Source of the DNA: Azolla caroliniana | Lineage: Eukaryota; Plantae; Polypodiophyta | Reading direction: 5' to 3' | Assembly (NCBI GenBank): GCA_043228905.1 | Contig: JBHGNT010000014.1 | Coordinates: forward strand, 13,454,001-13,518,000 | DNA: 64,000 nucleotides | Shown here: positions 1 through 13,420 of the stretch, piece after piece | Position numbering within the stretch: the first letter of the stretch is position 1 | Layout: each line of letters opens with the position of its first letter | Notes under the pieces: generated by a model | The model's input: the letters and a program-made list of their open reading frames with translations, nothing else | Databases searched by the model: none | What the model was told of the DNA's origin: nothing | Position numbers and translations under genes: made by a program

Positions 1-683
1 CTTCATTCACATCCGCTCTATTACCTTCATCGTCGAGGTGATCGAGGTCAGGATCCTCGTCTTGTCTTTTCTTGAAAATCTTTACTCTTTTTCCCGCAAT
101 GGGTATGGCCAGCCTTGATCCATCTAGCTCCACAAGGTGGTATGTTGCATTGTCATTGGCACTTATCACTATATATGGTCCGAACAATCTTCTTGCGAAC
201 TTCCTTGTTGTACTGTGTTGATTGTCAAGGCTTTTTTCGTAGACCAATACCCAATCTCCTTCTTCGATCTTCTTGGGATGCAGTCGATGCGTCTTATCGA
301 ACCGAATTTTGTTCTTCACTCGAGCTACCTCCATCATTTTTTGCGCATGTTCTAGATCTTCAGGTCTCCTTTCAAGTTGCCTTATCCGTGCCACTAATAA
401 TTCTTCTCGGCTCATCTCGTTCTCCTATGGTATCACTACCCATGAGGCGATCGTCCTTTCGATGGGCATCACCGGCTTTTGTCCATACATAAGCTCCGTT
501 GGCATCTACCCTGTCACCGAGCTGTGTGTTGTTCTGTCGGCCCACAAGTCATAGGGTAATTGTCATGGCCAATTCTCGACTCGACCGTTGCATGCTCGTA
601 CGATGGCTTTGACGATAGGTCCATGCCCTCGCTCGATCTTCCCATTCGCTTCTGGATTGTAGGCAGTCGTGAGGGAGAGCTTC

Positions 684-787
684 TGTCATGAACAATACTG
701 AGACAGAGAAGGAATTAGTACTACACGAAGGATTAGTACTATGAGAGGTGTGGAACTTCTTCGAGAGAAGGAAGAAGTGAGCGAGAC

Positions 788-821
<34 letters not shown>

Positions 822-1123
822 TGAGTGATGATAAGAAAGATATTTATTATATGAAGAGAATATACAACGGTGGCTAAAAGGCTTAAGACTGGCGTTGAAC
901 CAATTTGGTTCAACATAATGCCTAGTGCCCTCTTTTATAGTGTTTTCAGGAGTAATCCGGAAGCTTCTAGAATGTTCCAGAGAAATCTGGAATATACACT
1001 AATTTCCTATAATAAAATGTAAATGAAAATAATATCCTACATATTACAATAGATGGTCTAATGGTCAAGAGCTCGACCCATATAACCTAAGGTCATGGTT
1101 TCGAGTCTTGCCATATCATGACA
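684..1123 (-). repeat. 3' LTR of chromovirus A (same family as 46384-46825 and 57570-58013)
   Basis: TG...CA termini, adjacent PPT, reverse-complement match to the B LTRs. Confidence 0.95.
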
Positions 1124-4100
1124 CTATCCCCCCTTTAAAACGACGAGTGTCACGAGTCGTCTTGGATTGAGGACCCGGTTTGTGTGGATATTGACGATGG
1201 AAGTCTTCAAGAAGAGCACGAGCATTGGTTACATTCTCGATCGGTTCCCAAGTACGTTCGCTGGGACTATAGCCTAGCCAATCGACTAGATAGTAGAGCT
1301 TGTTGCGAACAATCTTGGAATCAAGGATGGTGGCAACCTCGTACTCCGGCCTATCTTCAAGCTCGATCGGGGGTGGAGGTTGGATAAGACGTTCTGGGAT
1401 GCTGCTCTCGTGGTAGGGTTCGAAGAGAGAACTATGAAACACCGGATGTATTCGAAGTTGAGGAGGTAGATCGAGACGAAAAGCGACATCATTAATCTTT
1501 CCAATAATACGGAAAGGACCTAATCGCCGATAATCCAACTTCTCACATGGGCGAGTAGTCTTGATGTGTCGTCGTAGTAGCCACACCCGATCTCCAATAT
1601 TAAAACTCGATGGAGGTCGATGACGATCCGCGTAGACCTTGTGTGTTTGTTGAGCTTGCTGGAGATGAGTAGATAAATCCGCTTGTATCTTGCGTAACCG
1701 CTCCAAACGATCCTCGCACGGATTTGTGGACACCTCTGGGGTTTCAAGTACACTCCACCGGGGGTGACATCACGTATAAGCATAAAATGGCGTAACTTTA
1801 GTGGATGCGGGGATAGAGTTGTTATAGGCAAATTCGGCGAAGTGGAGAATATCTGCCCAGTCGTCCTGATGATAGCTGAGAAAGCACCGCAGATACTGCT
1901 CCAACGTTTGATTTGTTCGTTCAGCTTGGCCGTCAGTTTGTGGGTGGTAGCCGGAAGAGAGGTTACAAGTGACCTTGAGCATATTAAAAAGGTGCTTCCA
2001 GAATTTTGACACGAACTGGGGTCCACGGTCGTTGATGATACTATCGAGGAGTCCATGATGCCGACATACTTCACGCATGACAATTTCGGCAGTGTCTTCA
2101 CTGGAGATCTCCTTAGTACATGGCAAGAAATGAGCCATCTTCGTATATCGATCGACCACCGTTAGAATCGCATTGAACCCCTTAGAGACTGGAAGATCTG
2201 TGATGAAGTCTAGAGCAATGGATTGCCACGGCTTGCTTGGAATTGGTAATGGTTCTAATAAACCATATGGATGATGCCTTGGCATTTTCGCTCTGCAACA
2301 TGTATCACAAGTCCGAACAAAATCCTCGACAAATTGTCACATACAAGGCCACCAGAATGATCGTTGTACTAAATGTAATGTTTTAGTACTACCAAAATGC
2401 CCAGCTGTATATGTGTCATGACAGTTTTGTACTACTCGAAGGCGGCAAGAACCATTAGGAATATACAAAAGTTCTTTAAAGAAGAGTAATCCATCATGGT
2501 ATTTGAATTGCCGATAGTCCGTACCTGGTGGTTGCGACTGTGAACACGACGCTCGAGAGGGATCAATTTGTGCTAGTATAGCTTGGGCGAACGTATCTGT
2601 CTTCAAGTCTTCACGTATGGTATCGATAACGTGGGAATCCATAGGCATGTCAAAGATTTGTGTTGCTTGTAGTCGTGCCGGTCCCAAGATGACTTGTTTT
2701 TGGTTATCGAAAGCTGGCTCGCCGGGACGGGGTGCTAGATACGAACGCCGTGATAATGCATCTGCCTTCCCTTGGTGCCTCCCCGGACGATATGTAATTT
2801 TGAAGTCGAAACGCGTGAGGAAGTGGGCCCACCGAGCTTGACATCGATTCAACACACGAGCATCCTGAAAGTAGGCAAGATTCTTGTGGTCACTAAATAC
2901 GGTGACTGGATGAGAGGATCCCTCCAGAAAATGCCTCCATTGCATAAAAGAATCCACTATTGCCAATAGCTCCTTATCATGAATTTCGTAGTTGATTTCG
3001 GCGGCATCAAACTTCCGTGAGTGAAAAGCCACAGGATGTAGCTTTTCATCATTCCCTTGTTGTGACAGAATGCTCCCCAATGCAAAATCCGATGCGTCAG
3101 CTTCGATAATGAATGGTTTCTCCGGATCGACATGAGCTAGAATTGGAGCCGATGTAAATGCTTTTTTAAGACTCTCGAAAGCCATGTCCGTTTCTTCAGA
3201 CCAGATGAACGGTTGTCCCTTCCTGGTAAGTTGTGTGAGAGGTAGAACGATCTTTGAGTAATCTTGTATGAACTTCCGGTAAAAATTGGCAAAGCCTAAG
3301 AAGCATTGCACATCCCGCACCGAACGCGGAGTCTGCCATTCTACCACCGTTTTGACCTTAGCTGGGTCCATGGAGATGCCTTCTGACGAAATGATGAAGC
3401 CGAGAAATTCCACTTGGTTGCACCCGAAACTACATTTTTCTAGCTTTACATACAGACCATGTTCTCGAAGTCGTTTTAGTACTAATAGTACATGAGAATC
3501 ATGTTCTTCTTGGGTCTTTGAATAAACCAGTAGATCATCCAAATAGATGATCAAACAATCATCCAATAGATCTCGGAATATATCATTAGCCATGTGTTGG
3601 AAGACTGTCGGCGCATTAGTGAGGCCGAACAGCATGACAGTATACTCGAAGTGCCCATATCTGGTGCGAAACGCGGTCTTCCATTCGTCTCCTGGTCGGA
3701 TCTGTACGAGGTTATATGCTCCCCGTAAGTCGATCTTCGTGAAGAACCTGGCACCATTGATCCGTTCTAAAAGACTTGAGATAAGGGGAAGAGCATACCT
3801 ATTCCTGATTGTAACCTTATTCAAGCCATGGTAATCTACAATGAGACGAAGCGATCCATCTTTTTTCTTGACGAAGAAAATGGGCGCACCGGCTAGAGAT
3901 TTCGAATGCCGAATGAAACCATTTTCCAAATTCTCCTCTATATAGGTCCGAAGGACTTCCAGCTCGGTTGGTGACAAATTGTAGATCGGTCCCCATGGCG
4001 GCTCTTTTCCCGGTTGTAAATCGATGGGGCAATCGTACGGTCGATGATGAGGAAGTGGGTTGGCTTGTACTTTATCGAACACATCGGCGTAATGACAATA

Positions 4101-4720
4101 CTTCTCGGGAAGTTGAACGGTGGATTCTTCTTTAGTGGTGTTGGAGGGGTTTACTGATATTGCAAAGAGGAACATTCCCTCCTTGTGCCCTTCTTTACGC
4201 AACTGACGTAGCGAAATGGTTGCCATCTGCTGAGTTGACCCTTGGGTTTGTCGACACCGGATTTCTCTTGTTCTCCAATCTATGTCAGGGTTATGTAACT
4301 CGAACCACGGTAGTCCTAAAACTATAGGATGTTCTGGGATACTAATAATATTAAATGATACTACACATGCTAAGTTATCTAGGACAATATTAATGGGCTC
4401 TGACTCTTCTAGGATATTTCCGGAAGCAATGGGACGTCCATCAATGACTACTACAGAGGCTGGACACTGGAGTTTTCTTAGGGATATCTTATGAGCTTGA
4501 GCAAATTTCTTATCCATAAAGCAAGAGTTAGCTCCGGAATCTAGGAGTGCTAGGACATGTACTGGAGGGGTACTTTTAGTACTAACTATTACTTGGGCTA
4601 CGAACACATCACTAACTTGCTTAGAGGGAATGGAACCACTAATGGGTTGCACAGATCTAGGGTTGTCCAACCAAACGGCTTCTATTTTGGCTGGACTTAA
4701 TCGTTTAACTCTTCTTCTAA
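1116..4720 (-). pseudogene. pol: Chromovirus pol (protease, RT, RNase H, integrase, chromodomain) with in-frame stops
   Basis: LLDSGA, YLDD, EADASDFALG, GPF, YLVDWLGY motifs; split into ORFs 2337-5009, 1770-2285 and 1116-1733 by TGA stops. Confidence 0.93.
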
Positions 4721-4722
4721 CT

Positions 4723-7700
4723 AAGTACTTCATTTGTCCCACTCCCATTGGTATTGAGACCAGATCCACCATCCATTTGAAGTGTATGGTGAGCGGGTAT
4801 GTCAGTCGTAGCTCATCACAATGACATATATTCGAATGTACTTGGCATGTTTCGCATGTGGACACGAAATGAAGTACATCTTTGTACATGCTTGGCCACC
4901 AGTACTTCTCCTTCAACTTCTCGAACGTCACCCATGTTCCTCTATGACCTGCCCAGGCACTCTCGTGGAATTCGTTCATTAGCGTCACTTGCTCTTCTTT
5001 CTTCACCACTACTCAACGTGGTATTTCTGTCCTTCTTTTTGGGTGTCGCCAAAGGAATCCTCCCTTCAAGAAGTATTGGTAGGCTTTCTTTCGGATTCGT
5101 AGGGCCTCGTCCTTCGTCAACGAAGCATCCGTCGTCATCGTTCTTAGGAATCTACGATTAGTAACCACTCCCCTTCATACTCGTCCTCGTTGAAGGCGTG
5201 GAGGGTTAGTGTGCCCTTGTCTTCTACTGATAGTGGATCCATCTTGAAGAAGTTGAGGGTGACGTCTTCATCTTCCGAAACCATGTCACCTTCATTCTCA
5301 AATATTTCCCTCGACAACATTTCAGCCATGGTGTTTTTCTTCCCTGCAATATGGCGGATCTCTGGGTTTAAAGACTTGATATAGGCGATCCACCTTAGCA
5401 TAGCTAGATCTGGTGTCGCACATCCTGAGATCATCCCGAGGATTGGGAGACAATCTGTCTCTATTATCACTTCCGACCCGATCAGGTAATCTTTGTCCGT
5501 CTTCACTTCCGACACAATACCCTAAAGTTCTCGCTTGACTTGGGCGTATCTTTGTTGTCGTTCGTTGAGAACTTTTGCTCCGAACCGGATGGCATACCGC
5601 GCATTATCTTCTCCTTCTTGGTTGATGACCCACCCAATTCCGGTTGGGCTCGTATCTACAGTCACATAAATCGTCTTTCCTTTGGTATGGTCGGCCTTTC
5701 TTAGTGTTGGGGCTTCAAGAAGTAGTTTCTTCAATCTTCGCATTGCGTTCGTGTGCTCGTCATGCCATTCAAACTTCACTCTTTTCTTTAGCAATCCATA
5801 TAATGGCTCGGTGACATGAGCGTAGTGCGGAATCCATATATGGTCAAATGCACATGCTCAAAGGAACCTTCGAACCTCCATTTGGTTTACGCATTCTACT
5901 TTCATATCTTGGATCGCGTTCACCTTGGATGGCGAAGGCTTCTGGCCGTATGCTCTGCACAAGTGACCTACCACCAAGATCTCTGATTGCCTGAAAGCGG
6001 ATTTTTCTCCCGAAAATGTCAAATTCGCATCTTCGAGCCTTTGAAGAACCTTCTCGCAATCTTTCATATGATCTACGACGAACTTTCTACACCCTTCCTT
6101 ATCTTTCGATTCATCTTTCTCCTCATCCGAACATCCTTTTATCGGAATATCATCCAAGAATGGCATCATGATGTCTGGGATGTAATCCTTCAAGACCTTG
6201 TTTATGGCATTCACCATATGAGCCACTGAGTTCGTTGCACCTTCAGGTAAGGTACACATCCGCACGAGCCCGATCGGAGTCCTCATGGTTGTAATGTCAC
6301 GACTGTCGATTGCCAATTCGAATTGGTCATATCCGGAGTAGAGATCACCAATGGAGTAGATGAACCGGCCCGCAAACACCTTGGCAAATTCGTCCATGCT
6401 CGAACCAATTCCAGCATTTCGAATTGTCACCTTGTTGACGGGTTGAAGATCTTGGATGAATCACAATGATCCATTCTTCTTCGGCACCGTGAACCACCTA
6501 TTAGAGTAAGGAGCATTCGACAGTTCTAGAATACCCATATTCACCTTCTCCTTTAAGAGCTCAATCAGCTTCGGTAGGTGTGCTCTCGGAACCAGTATCG
6601 GTTTCAAATTCCAAGGTACGTGCGGCACCGTCAAGATCACCATTGGCTCTATCATCCTTGGATCAACACATCCAATTTCTTGTGGGAAAAATGTGAAAGC
6701 CTTCGCATGTCGCGAAACATTCGCTCTTCTACAGGGAGGAGGAAATCCTCCCTTCCAACTCGTAACTTCCCCTTCGTCTCTTCGGTGAAGGTATGACCTA
6801 TCGTCTTCGGATCTCTTAAGCTTGGATCATTAGCGACTTCCTTCATCTTTTGCCAGCTATCTTCCGGTAGCGGAACCGCAACTGGCTTGATCTTCTTATC
6901 CACCGTTTTATATTTTGTGTTAACTTCAGCTTCCTCCATCAAGATGCCACAATAGTATTCATCGATGATAGCGTACATGTTGACGGAGTTAACTGAAATC
7001 ACGCGTTGGTCGTGAAGATAACTCAAGTCCACAACGTCCTCGATTTCGCCGATCGTGTCATTAAATGAGGCTTCTTCCATAATATGAGTCACGAACTCTT
7101 CTTCTTCTATTATGTTTTCTTCTTTCAGCATCTTCTCGAATTCTTGTATCCGACGCTTGTCCTTCTTGTCGGGTAGTACTAGTTTACATGTGCCACTAGG
7201 TGTGACACATGTTGCTTCTCCTCGCAATCCACGCTCTCTTCTTTCTTGTGGGGACTTGTGATCGCTCAGACTAATAGTGCCCCATGCTTCAATAGTCCAC
7301 TCTAAAAATCCGAGGATTCGCCTCCAAGACTATCTCGATTTTTTTCATGATTAGCTCACACCATTAGGAATTGAACAGATCTTTGGTTGTCAAGACTCTT
7401 TATTCGAGCAAATGCCGCACCATTGTCGAACACTTTGGTTTCCATCCGAGATGATGTGATATACGGTTGTCCTAGGATAACAGGATGCGATGCCGATTCT
7501 TGCACGAAGAAGTGTTGATCCATCTCCACATCCCCGATTGCGACTTTAACATTGGGACAAGCTCCGTACAAGTCCTCCGTAGTCTTTGTTGCCGCGCGAA
7601 TCTTCCATCCGTGATTTGTATTGATTGGCCATCTTCCTTTTTGTAGAAGTCGGTTGACATGAGGTTGATCTCTGAGCCGTGGTCGATCAAGGCTACCACG

Positions 7701-9502
7701 GTCTCTTTCTTCTCCCCGATCTTCACCGGCATCTCCGTTGTTGCTCTGCCCAATGAGGTCGAGTATAGTGGTTGTCCACCATTTCTTCATCGACTTTGTC
7801 TCTTGCCATCGTTATGGCATTTGCTTTCGCTTTTAGTGGCTTCTCTTCTTCTTCATCTGATTGTTGCCTTTTTCTCTTTACAAGGTCCACGATCGTGTCG
7901 TGGAACTCCTTCTTCGTAATGTTGAGTAATTCCCTCAAGGAAAAAGTCACGTGGCTGCCAAGAACGCGTTCGTCAAGAATCTTCTTCAGGTATGTTGTTT
8001 GCTCTATGTCCGACCTTAGCTTATAGGTAGGCATAGTCCTTGTCTTTCGAGCAGGGTCTTCGACACCAATCTTCACGGGCCGAACCGTTTCTTCGACTCG
8101 TTTGCTCGACTCCGCTTTTCGGCTTGCGTCTCCTTCCTCCATTTGCAAGGGTCGACTTGACTCTACATCATCTTTCTTTTTCGCGTTCCTTGTTTCATGT
8201 CTTTTTTATGGGCCTTGATCTTCTATTCTTTTTCTCTTTTCTTCGACGAACACCTCGTGGTTGTCGCACATCACTTTCGTGAGTATGGTGTTGTCATCCA
8301 CCGGATCCGACCACCTGGTTATGTTTTGCACACTTCGGTCCGCAAGCTCTACCTCGTTCGATGTGACCTTCCCCATCTTCTCATACTCAAGAACGGAAGA
8401 CCAAAACTTTGCTCCTATTTTCACAACTTCATTTTTGTCTTTCCTGACTCTTATTCCGGTCGTTGCAGCATAGTGCATCGCATCCACATGAGTCGCATCA
8501 GCATCTTCCATAGACTTCTTCATTCCCCCTCTTTCGAAATTCACCCGTAGGGGTCTTCGAGTTTCAGTCGAGCAGATCATGTTGTCATCTATGTATACGA
8601 TATTTTGTCGGATCGCCTCTTGAAGGCTCGCGCAATCCCTTCTCATGTGGTCCATGCTATCGCACCACACGCATCGAAAGGGTTCTTTTCCTTTGGAGCC
8701 CCGACAATTCGTGTTGGCTAGCGTGACCGCCTCAAACTTCTTCGCCAGTTCTTCGATGATGTCATCACCAATCTTCTTTTCTTCCACGTTACTTTGGTTT
8801 GGTGGCTCGGCTACTTTCAACATTCTTGTTTTCTCCGTGATAGTCAATCCCGTCAAGTCAGTGTCATCAACCCATTAGCGACGCTTCTCGAGCCTATTGC
8901 ACGCCCGCTTCACCGCGATCCAATCCGCTACAAGCCCATTTGCTTGGGTATCATCTTCGAGAGAGTCCCCAATTCTCATCTATCCTACATATCCACAGCC
9001 TTTAGGAAGTACAAAGTTTTGTCCTCCTCAAGTAGCACTTGGTCTGTGGCGGGGAGACAATGAAACATTTGGTCAAATTCGTCGTACACCCTCAAAGCGC
9101 TCATCTTCTTATTCTTCTTTTCTATCCACTTCATCAAGGCATGTCGAGTCATCCTCGACAAATCTTTCGTCACGAACTCCGCTAATATCGCTTTCTCGAT
9201 CTCGACCACGTTGTCTTCCCTTCTTGAAGTTTGATGACGCGCCTTTGGATGATGATGGCGACCAGTCTCTTGAAACTTGTGATTTGCCGCGTTTCAGACA
9301 CGTCCCTTTGATTCATCTCCCTTTTGTATGCATCAAGGAACTTCGTAATGTTCCTTCCATCAAATTGACCCTCGAGCTCTACGATATGGTCTACGGCCTT
9401 CTCCACGCTCGCATCGTTGTCTCGAGATCTCATCATTTGTTTGACGATCAACATCATCCTTTCGAAGTCTCCCGCTTGATTGCTTGAGGACGCCATCTCC
9501 AA
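4723..9502 (-). pseudogene. Disrupted gag-PR-RT-RH-INT region of the host non-chromovirus Gypsy element
   Basis: Collinear ORF fragments with retroelement motifs, many stops and frameshifts. Confidence 0.88.
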
Positions 9503-9538
9503 GTTTTGGTCTCGACTTGATCCTTCCTACCGCCTCTT

Positions 9539-9555
9539 TCACGTTGGGTTCACCA
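9539..9555 (-). promoter_or_regulatory. Primer binding site complementary to the tRNA-Trp 3' end
   Basis: Minus strand TGGTGAACCCAACGTGA, 8 nt from the LTR; same motif at 22064-22080. Confidence 0.75.
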
Positions 9556-9563
9556 CTTAATTA

Positions 9564-10717
9564 TGTCGTGAAGATCCGTCACTACGTGCGGATCACGAGG
9601 CGGAACCGCCGTGTTCTGGACCGGAAGGATTTGAAGTTGCACTAGCTTTAGCGAGAAAGGAATTAAGATATATTGGAAGAGAGAGAGATTGAGATAAGAT
9701 AGAATGCTTGATTTTAGATTGACAGAGTTAAGATTGGACCCTTGACTTTAGGTTTAAGAAACAAGATACACCATCAATTGGAGAACAAATTTCTTCTTCT
9801 TAAATTCTTGACTCATACACAACATACCTTTGATCTTTTTCATCCATCCTTTTATAGATGCTCCCATGCATATGATGCATGCGGGTACAAGGCATGCATA
9901 CAATGCATGGAATGCATGTGATGCATGTTTGCCATTTGGCGCTCATGCATCACATGTCATTCAATCAAGCTCTAATATGAGAATTTACATGTAAAACTAT
10001 AATGATATGAAAAACATTTTTAAAGAAATGACATAGCCTAGTGGTAAGTCTATAGACTCTTAACATGGAGGTGCAAAGATCAAGTCTTCACTTGCACTCA
10101 TTTTGAATTTACATTATATATATATATATATGTTTATTATTAATGTATTTTTACAAGGCGTTTCTCTGTCCGGTCGTCGTTTCGCCGGCTCCGTCGGTCG
10201 CCATCGTCGAATCCATCGCCAGATGCCGGATTCCACCGGTTACCGTTGGTCGCCGTTGGTCGGTTATCGTCAGTCGGTTACCGTTGTCGGTCGCCCGTCG
10301 GTCGATCACCGTCGCTGGATTCGTCTAAAACAAATAGTTATATGCATTTGGCTACATCCATTCGTTAAGTCATACAACTTAACCTTTCTATGCTCCACAT
10401 ATAAACACAAAGATAATAGCTTTTGCTCTACCTTATATATGGTGGGATCTTTATTTGTCCTATCTATGTGGGATACATATTTTTCTCTTCTTCTTTGCAA
10501 ACTTTATACCCACATAACTTGACCCTTAGATGTTTGTTTCCTACGTAGTAAAGTACATTCAGAAGCTCTTCAAGACCTCCATCTTTTTGTACCAAGATAT
10601 TAAAATTATTTAAAATAGTATCTTTACTATTATTGTTTTATATTTCGTGAGAAGAACTACACTCGATTTCGTATGTTCCTTACAAGTTTCACACTATCTC
10701 TGAAAATCTTCACGACA
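9564..10717 (-). repeat. 5' LTR (~1154 bp) of the non-chromovirus Gypsy element
   Basis: TGTCGTG...CACGACA termini; TATAAAAG on the minus strand at ~9849-9856; interrupts a Copia RT at the LRYVSGT motif. Confidence 0.85.
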
Positions 10718-12289
10718 GTGTGCCACTCACATATCGCAAGATTCGATGGGTGCACTAAAGGTGGTCGATCGTCGTCTGCGACATAAACTGACTTGTCAAT
10801 CTGATCGGATAGCTCAAGTCTAGACCAATGATGGGTCTAGAATTCCAGCTATTTATCTGAACCGTGTCGAGTCGCATTTTGTTCTTGACTCGGCATGAAG
10901 TTTGAAATTTTGGTTCAGAGGAGTCAAGACGGCTTTGTAATCCGTCATTTCGAACTTGAATAGCATACTCAACACATAATGTCTTTGGTTGATTAGTACA
11001 CCTTCGGGGTTGTGGATCACTTTGATCCCGGGGAAGTAGTGAAGGTCCCCCAGATCCTTTATCTCAAATGATGCCGCTAGCTGAGACTTTACATAGCTGA
11101 TCTCCTCTAGATTGGGGTTGGTGATGACCAAATCGTCAACATAAAGTAGAACACCTACTGGCCCATGCCGACCCTACCGGATGAAGAGTGAGGAGTCTTA
11201 TTTCGATATAGCAAATCCCATATGACACAGTCACTATATGATGTTTGCATTCCAAGCACGCGAGGCTTGCTTTAGTCTGTATAGGGACTTCTTCAGTTGG
11301 CAAACAATCGATGTATTCAATCTGGACTGAAATCTGGGGGGTTGCACCATATACACTTGTTCCTCAAGCTCTCCTTGCAAGAGCGTGTCCTTCACGTCCA
11401 TCTGGTGTAGGTGTCATCCCTTCACGGCCGCTACCGCTAGTAGCACCCGGACGATTGTCATCTTGGCAACCGACGCGAATGTCTCATTGTAGTCAATGTC
11501 GTACTGTTTTTGCGTAACCTTTGGCCACTAGTTGGGCCTTGTACCAGTTAACGAAGTTGTCAGCGTTGTACTTGATCTTGTACACCCACCTACACCTGAT
11601 CGACTTCACACCCTTGGGGGTGTCAACTAGGTCCCATGTTTCATTTTCCACCAGTGCGTGCATCTCTTCCTCCATAGCGGCACGCTATTTTGCATCCTTC
11701 GCCGCCTCTGTGTAGCTCTCCAACTCACGCACTTCCGTCACCTTTGCCATATATGCATAGTGATGCGCCATGTAGTCGTTGTACCCGTACCGAACTACGG
11801 GGTTCTTCTGCTTTGCCGATTTCATGGCCCTCTTGGCCCACTCCGTCCTCATCTCCGGAGGTCCATCTTCGCAGCCAATCACTTTGGATTCACTCCGGTG
11901 TCGTGAAGAATGTGCAACACACTCTTCACGACACCGGTCTAATGCGCCAGCCTTCGTGCACGTAAGCAATCTCCTCGGCTTCTGACGCAAGGACTGCACG
12001 GCTGAGTCACCACTACTCACCAATTCAACATCTGACTGGTTGTTCCAACTCAATCTCTCATTCGGCCCACTTAGCCATAATGAGATTGGACTCTCCTCTT
12101 GAGTTCCGATTTTATCTTCCTCACATGCCTCGTCTCCAGCAATCGGATCAGAGTCTTTGGGGGTTGGAGACAGAAGGGAGTTCCACGACCCTGATTCGTC
12201 AAAGGCGACATTGCGGCTTGCGGCTCACCTGCACTTGCTTCGTCCGGGGGTTGTAACACATGTACTCCTTCTTCTCGTGCGAGTAGCCG
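10718..12289 (-). mobile_element. Ty1/Copia internal fragment (integrase C-terminus, linker, RT), degenerate
   Basis: ENETWDLV, CRWVYKIK, LYVDDL and KDLGDLHYF motifs; related to the Copia at 41359. Confidence 0.9.
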
Positions 12290-12333
12290 TGTAAAGAATC
12301 AGATATGATTCTATGCAGCAGAAGAGATGTGTG

Positions 12334-12379
<46 letters not shown>

Positions 12380-13420
12380 AGAGGAGAGGAGAGGAGAGGA
12401 GAGAAACATAAGATAGATAAGAGAAATGAAGTACTCAAGAAGAAGATGTATATTAACAAGGAGAATATCAAGTACAAAAATGTAGCATTACAAGGGAGAA
12501 CAACTGGCACTGTATGGAGTAGGAGGAGGGTGCTTCATATAAGGTCACCCTCTCTCTTCATTAACTCACTACAACACCCACTCTCTCTCTAGAACCTTGG
12601 GGAATGTGAAGACTCATTAGTTATGTGTCCTAGAATATGATTCTGTGACACATAGTTAATGTGTAGAGAGTAGTGGTGACTTTTGACCTTTGAGTGCTCA
12701 TAGATTCTCAAAGGGTGTGTTCACACTAGGCTAGGTTGAGCTTGATTCTCAACAAGCCCCCTCAAGCTTAACTTGGATTGGCTTCTTTCGATTGATGTCC
12801 GCTTCGGTTGGTAACCGATTCGGACGGTATCCGATTCGGACGGTATCCGATTCTCTCTTGTACTCCCCCTCAAGCTTGGCAAGTCAAGGATCGTCAATCC
12901 AAGGTCTGACATGAATTGCCGAAGCTTGTCTACTCCTAGGGCTTTCGTGAAGATGTCGGTTGTTTGAAGATTCGTGTTTATGTGTTGAAGGTCGACGTCT
13001 CCAGTCTTAACGCGCTCTCGGATGAAGTGATAATGCAGTTCAATATGCTTCGTGTATGCGTGGAACACTGGGTTCTGAGCCAGATAAATATTGCTCATGT
13101 TGTCGCAATAAAAGGGAGTCAGATCCTAGATGGGAACGCCATGATCTTTCAAGATTCGCTTCAAACAAATGGCTTCACATGCAGCCACAACTGCGCCCTT
13201 GTATTCAACCTCTATGCTCGAAAGTGCAACAGCCAACTGCTTCTTGCTACTCAAGGATATTGCTCTGTTGTAGAGGGAGAAAAAAAATCCAGAGGTCGAT
13301 CAGCGGTCGGCTTTGTAACCGGCCCAGTCGGCATCTGTGTACCCCTCAAGTTGAATTGGTGTGGCCGATTTGTAGAGAATGCCACAATCCATTGTGTCGC
13401 TCATGTATCGTAACACTCGT
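12290..13420 (-). mobile_element. 3' end of a second Copia (RNase H, PPT, 3' LTR 12290-12754), truncated at the hAT junction
   Basis: NPVFHA.TKHIE.HYHFIRE motif; PPT at 12755-12764; LTR termini match the family at 41359 and 58168. Confidence 0.9.

Larger units (their letters stand above)
684..4722 (-). mobile_element. 5'-truncated Tcn1/Tf1-like chromovirus (copy A): 3' LTR plus pol; gag and 5' LTR deleted
   Basis: LTR 684-1123, PPT at 1124-1136, and PR-RT-RH-INT-chromodomain ORFs nearly identical to copy B (53979-57577). Confidence 0.95.
1..10717 (-). mobile_element. Degenerate non-chromovirus Ty3/Gypsy LTR retrotransposon (tRNA-Trp PBS); 3' end runs off the window; interrupted by a chromovirus at 684-4722
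   Basis: 5' LTR at 9564-10717 and PBS, then broken ORFs for gag (9502-8206, CxxCxxxxHxxxxC), protease (ALIDHGSEIN), RT (FLDD, 5858-6430), RNase H (VDTSPTGIG; IETDCLP) and integrase zinc finger (~4730-5009). The integrase C-terminus at 1-683 resembles ORF 63261-63980. Confidence 0.9.

Noticed and set aside
12285-12289. AGCCG flank identical to the TSD of chromovirus B
   Set aside because: Different superfamily and locus; a chance 5-mer match
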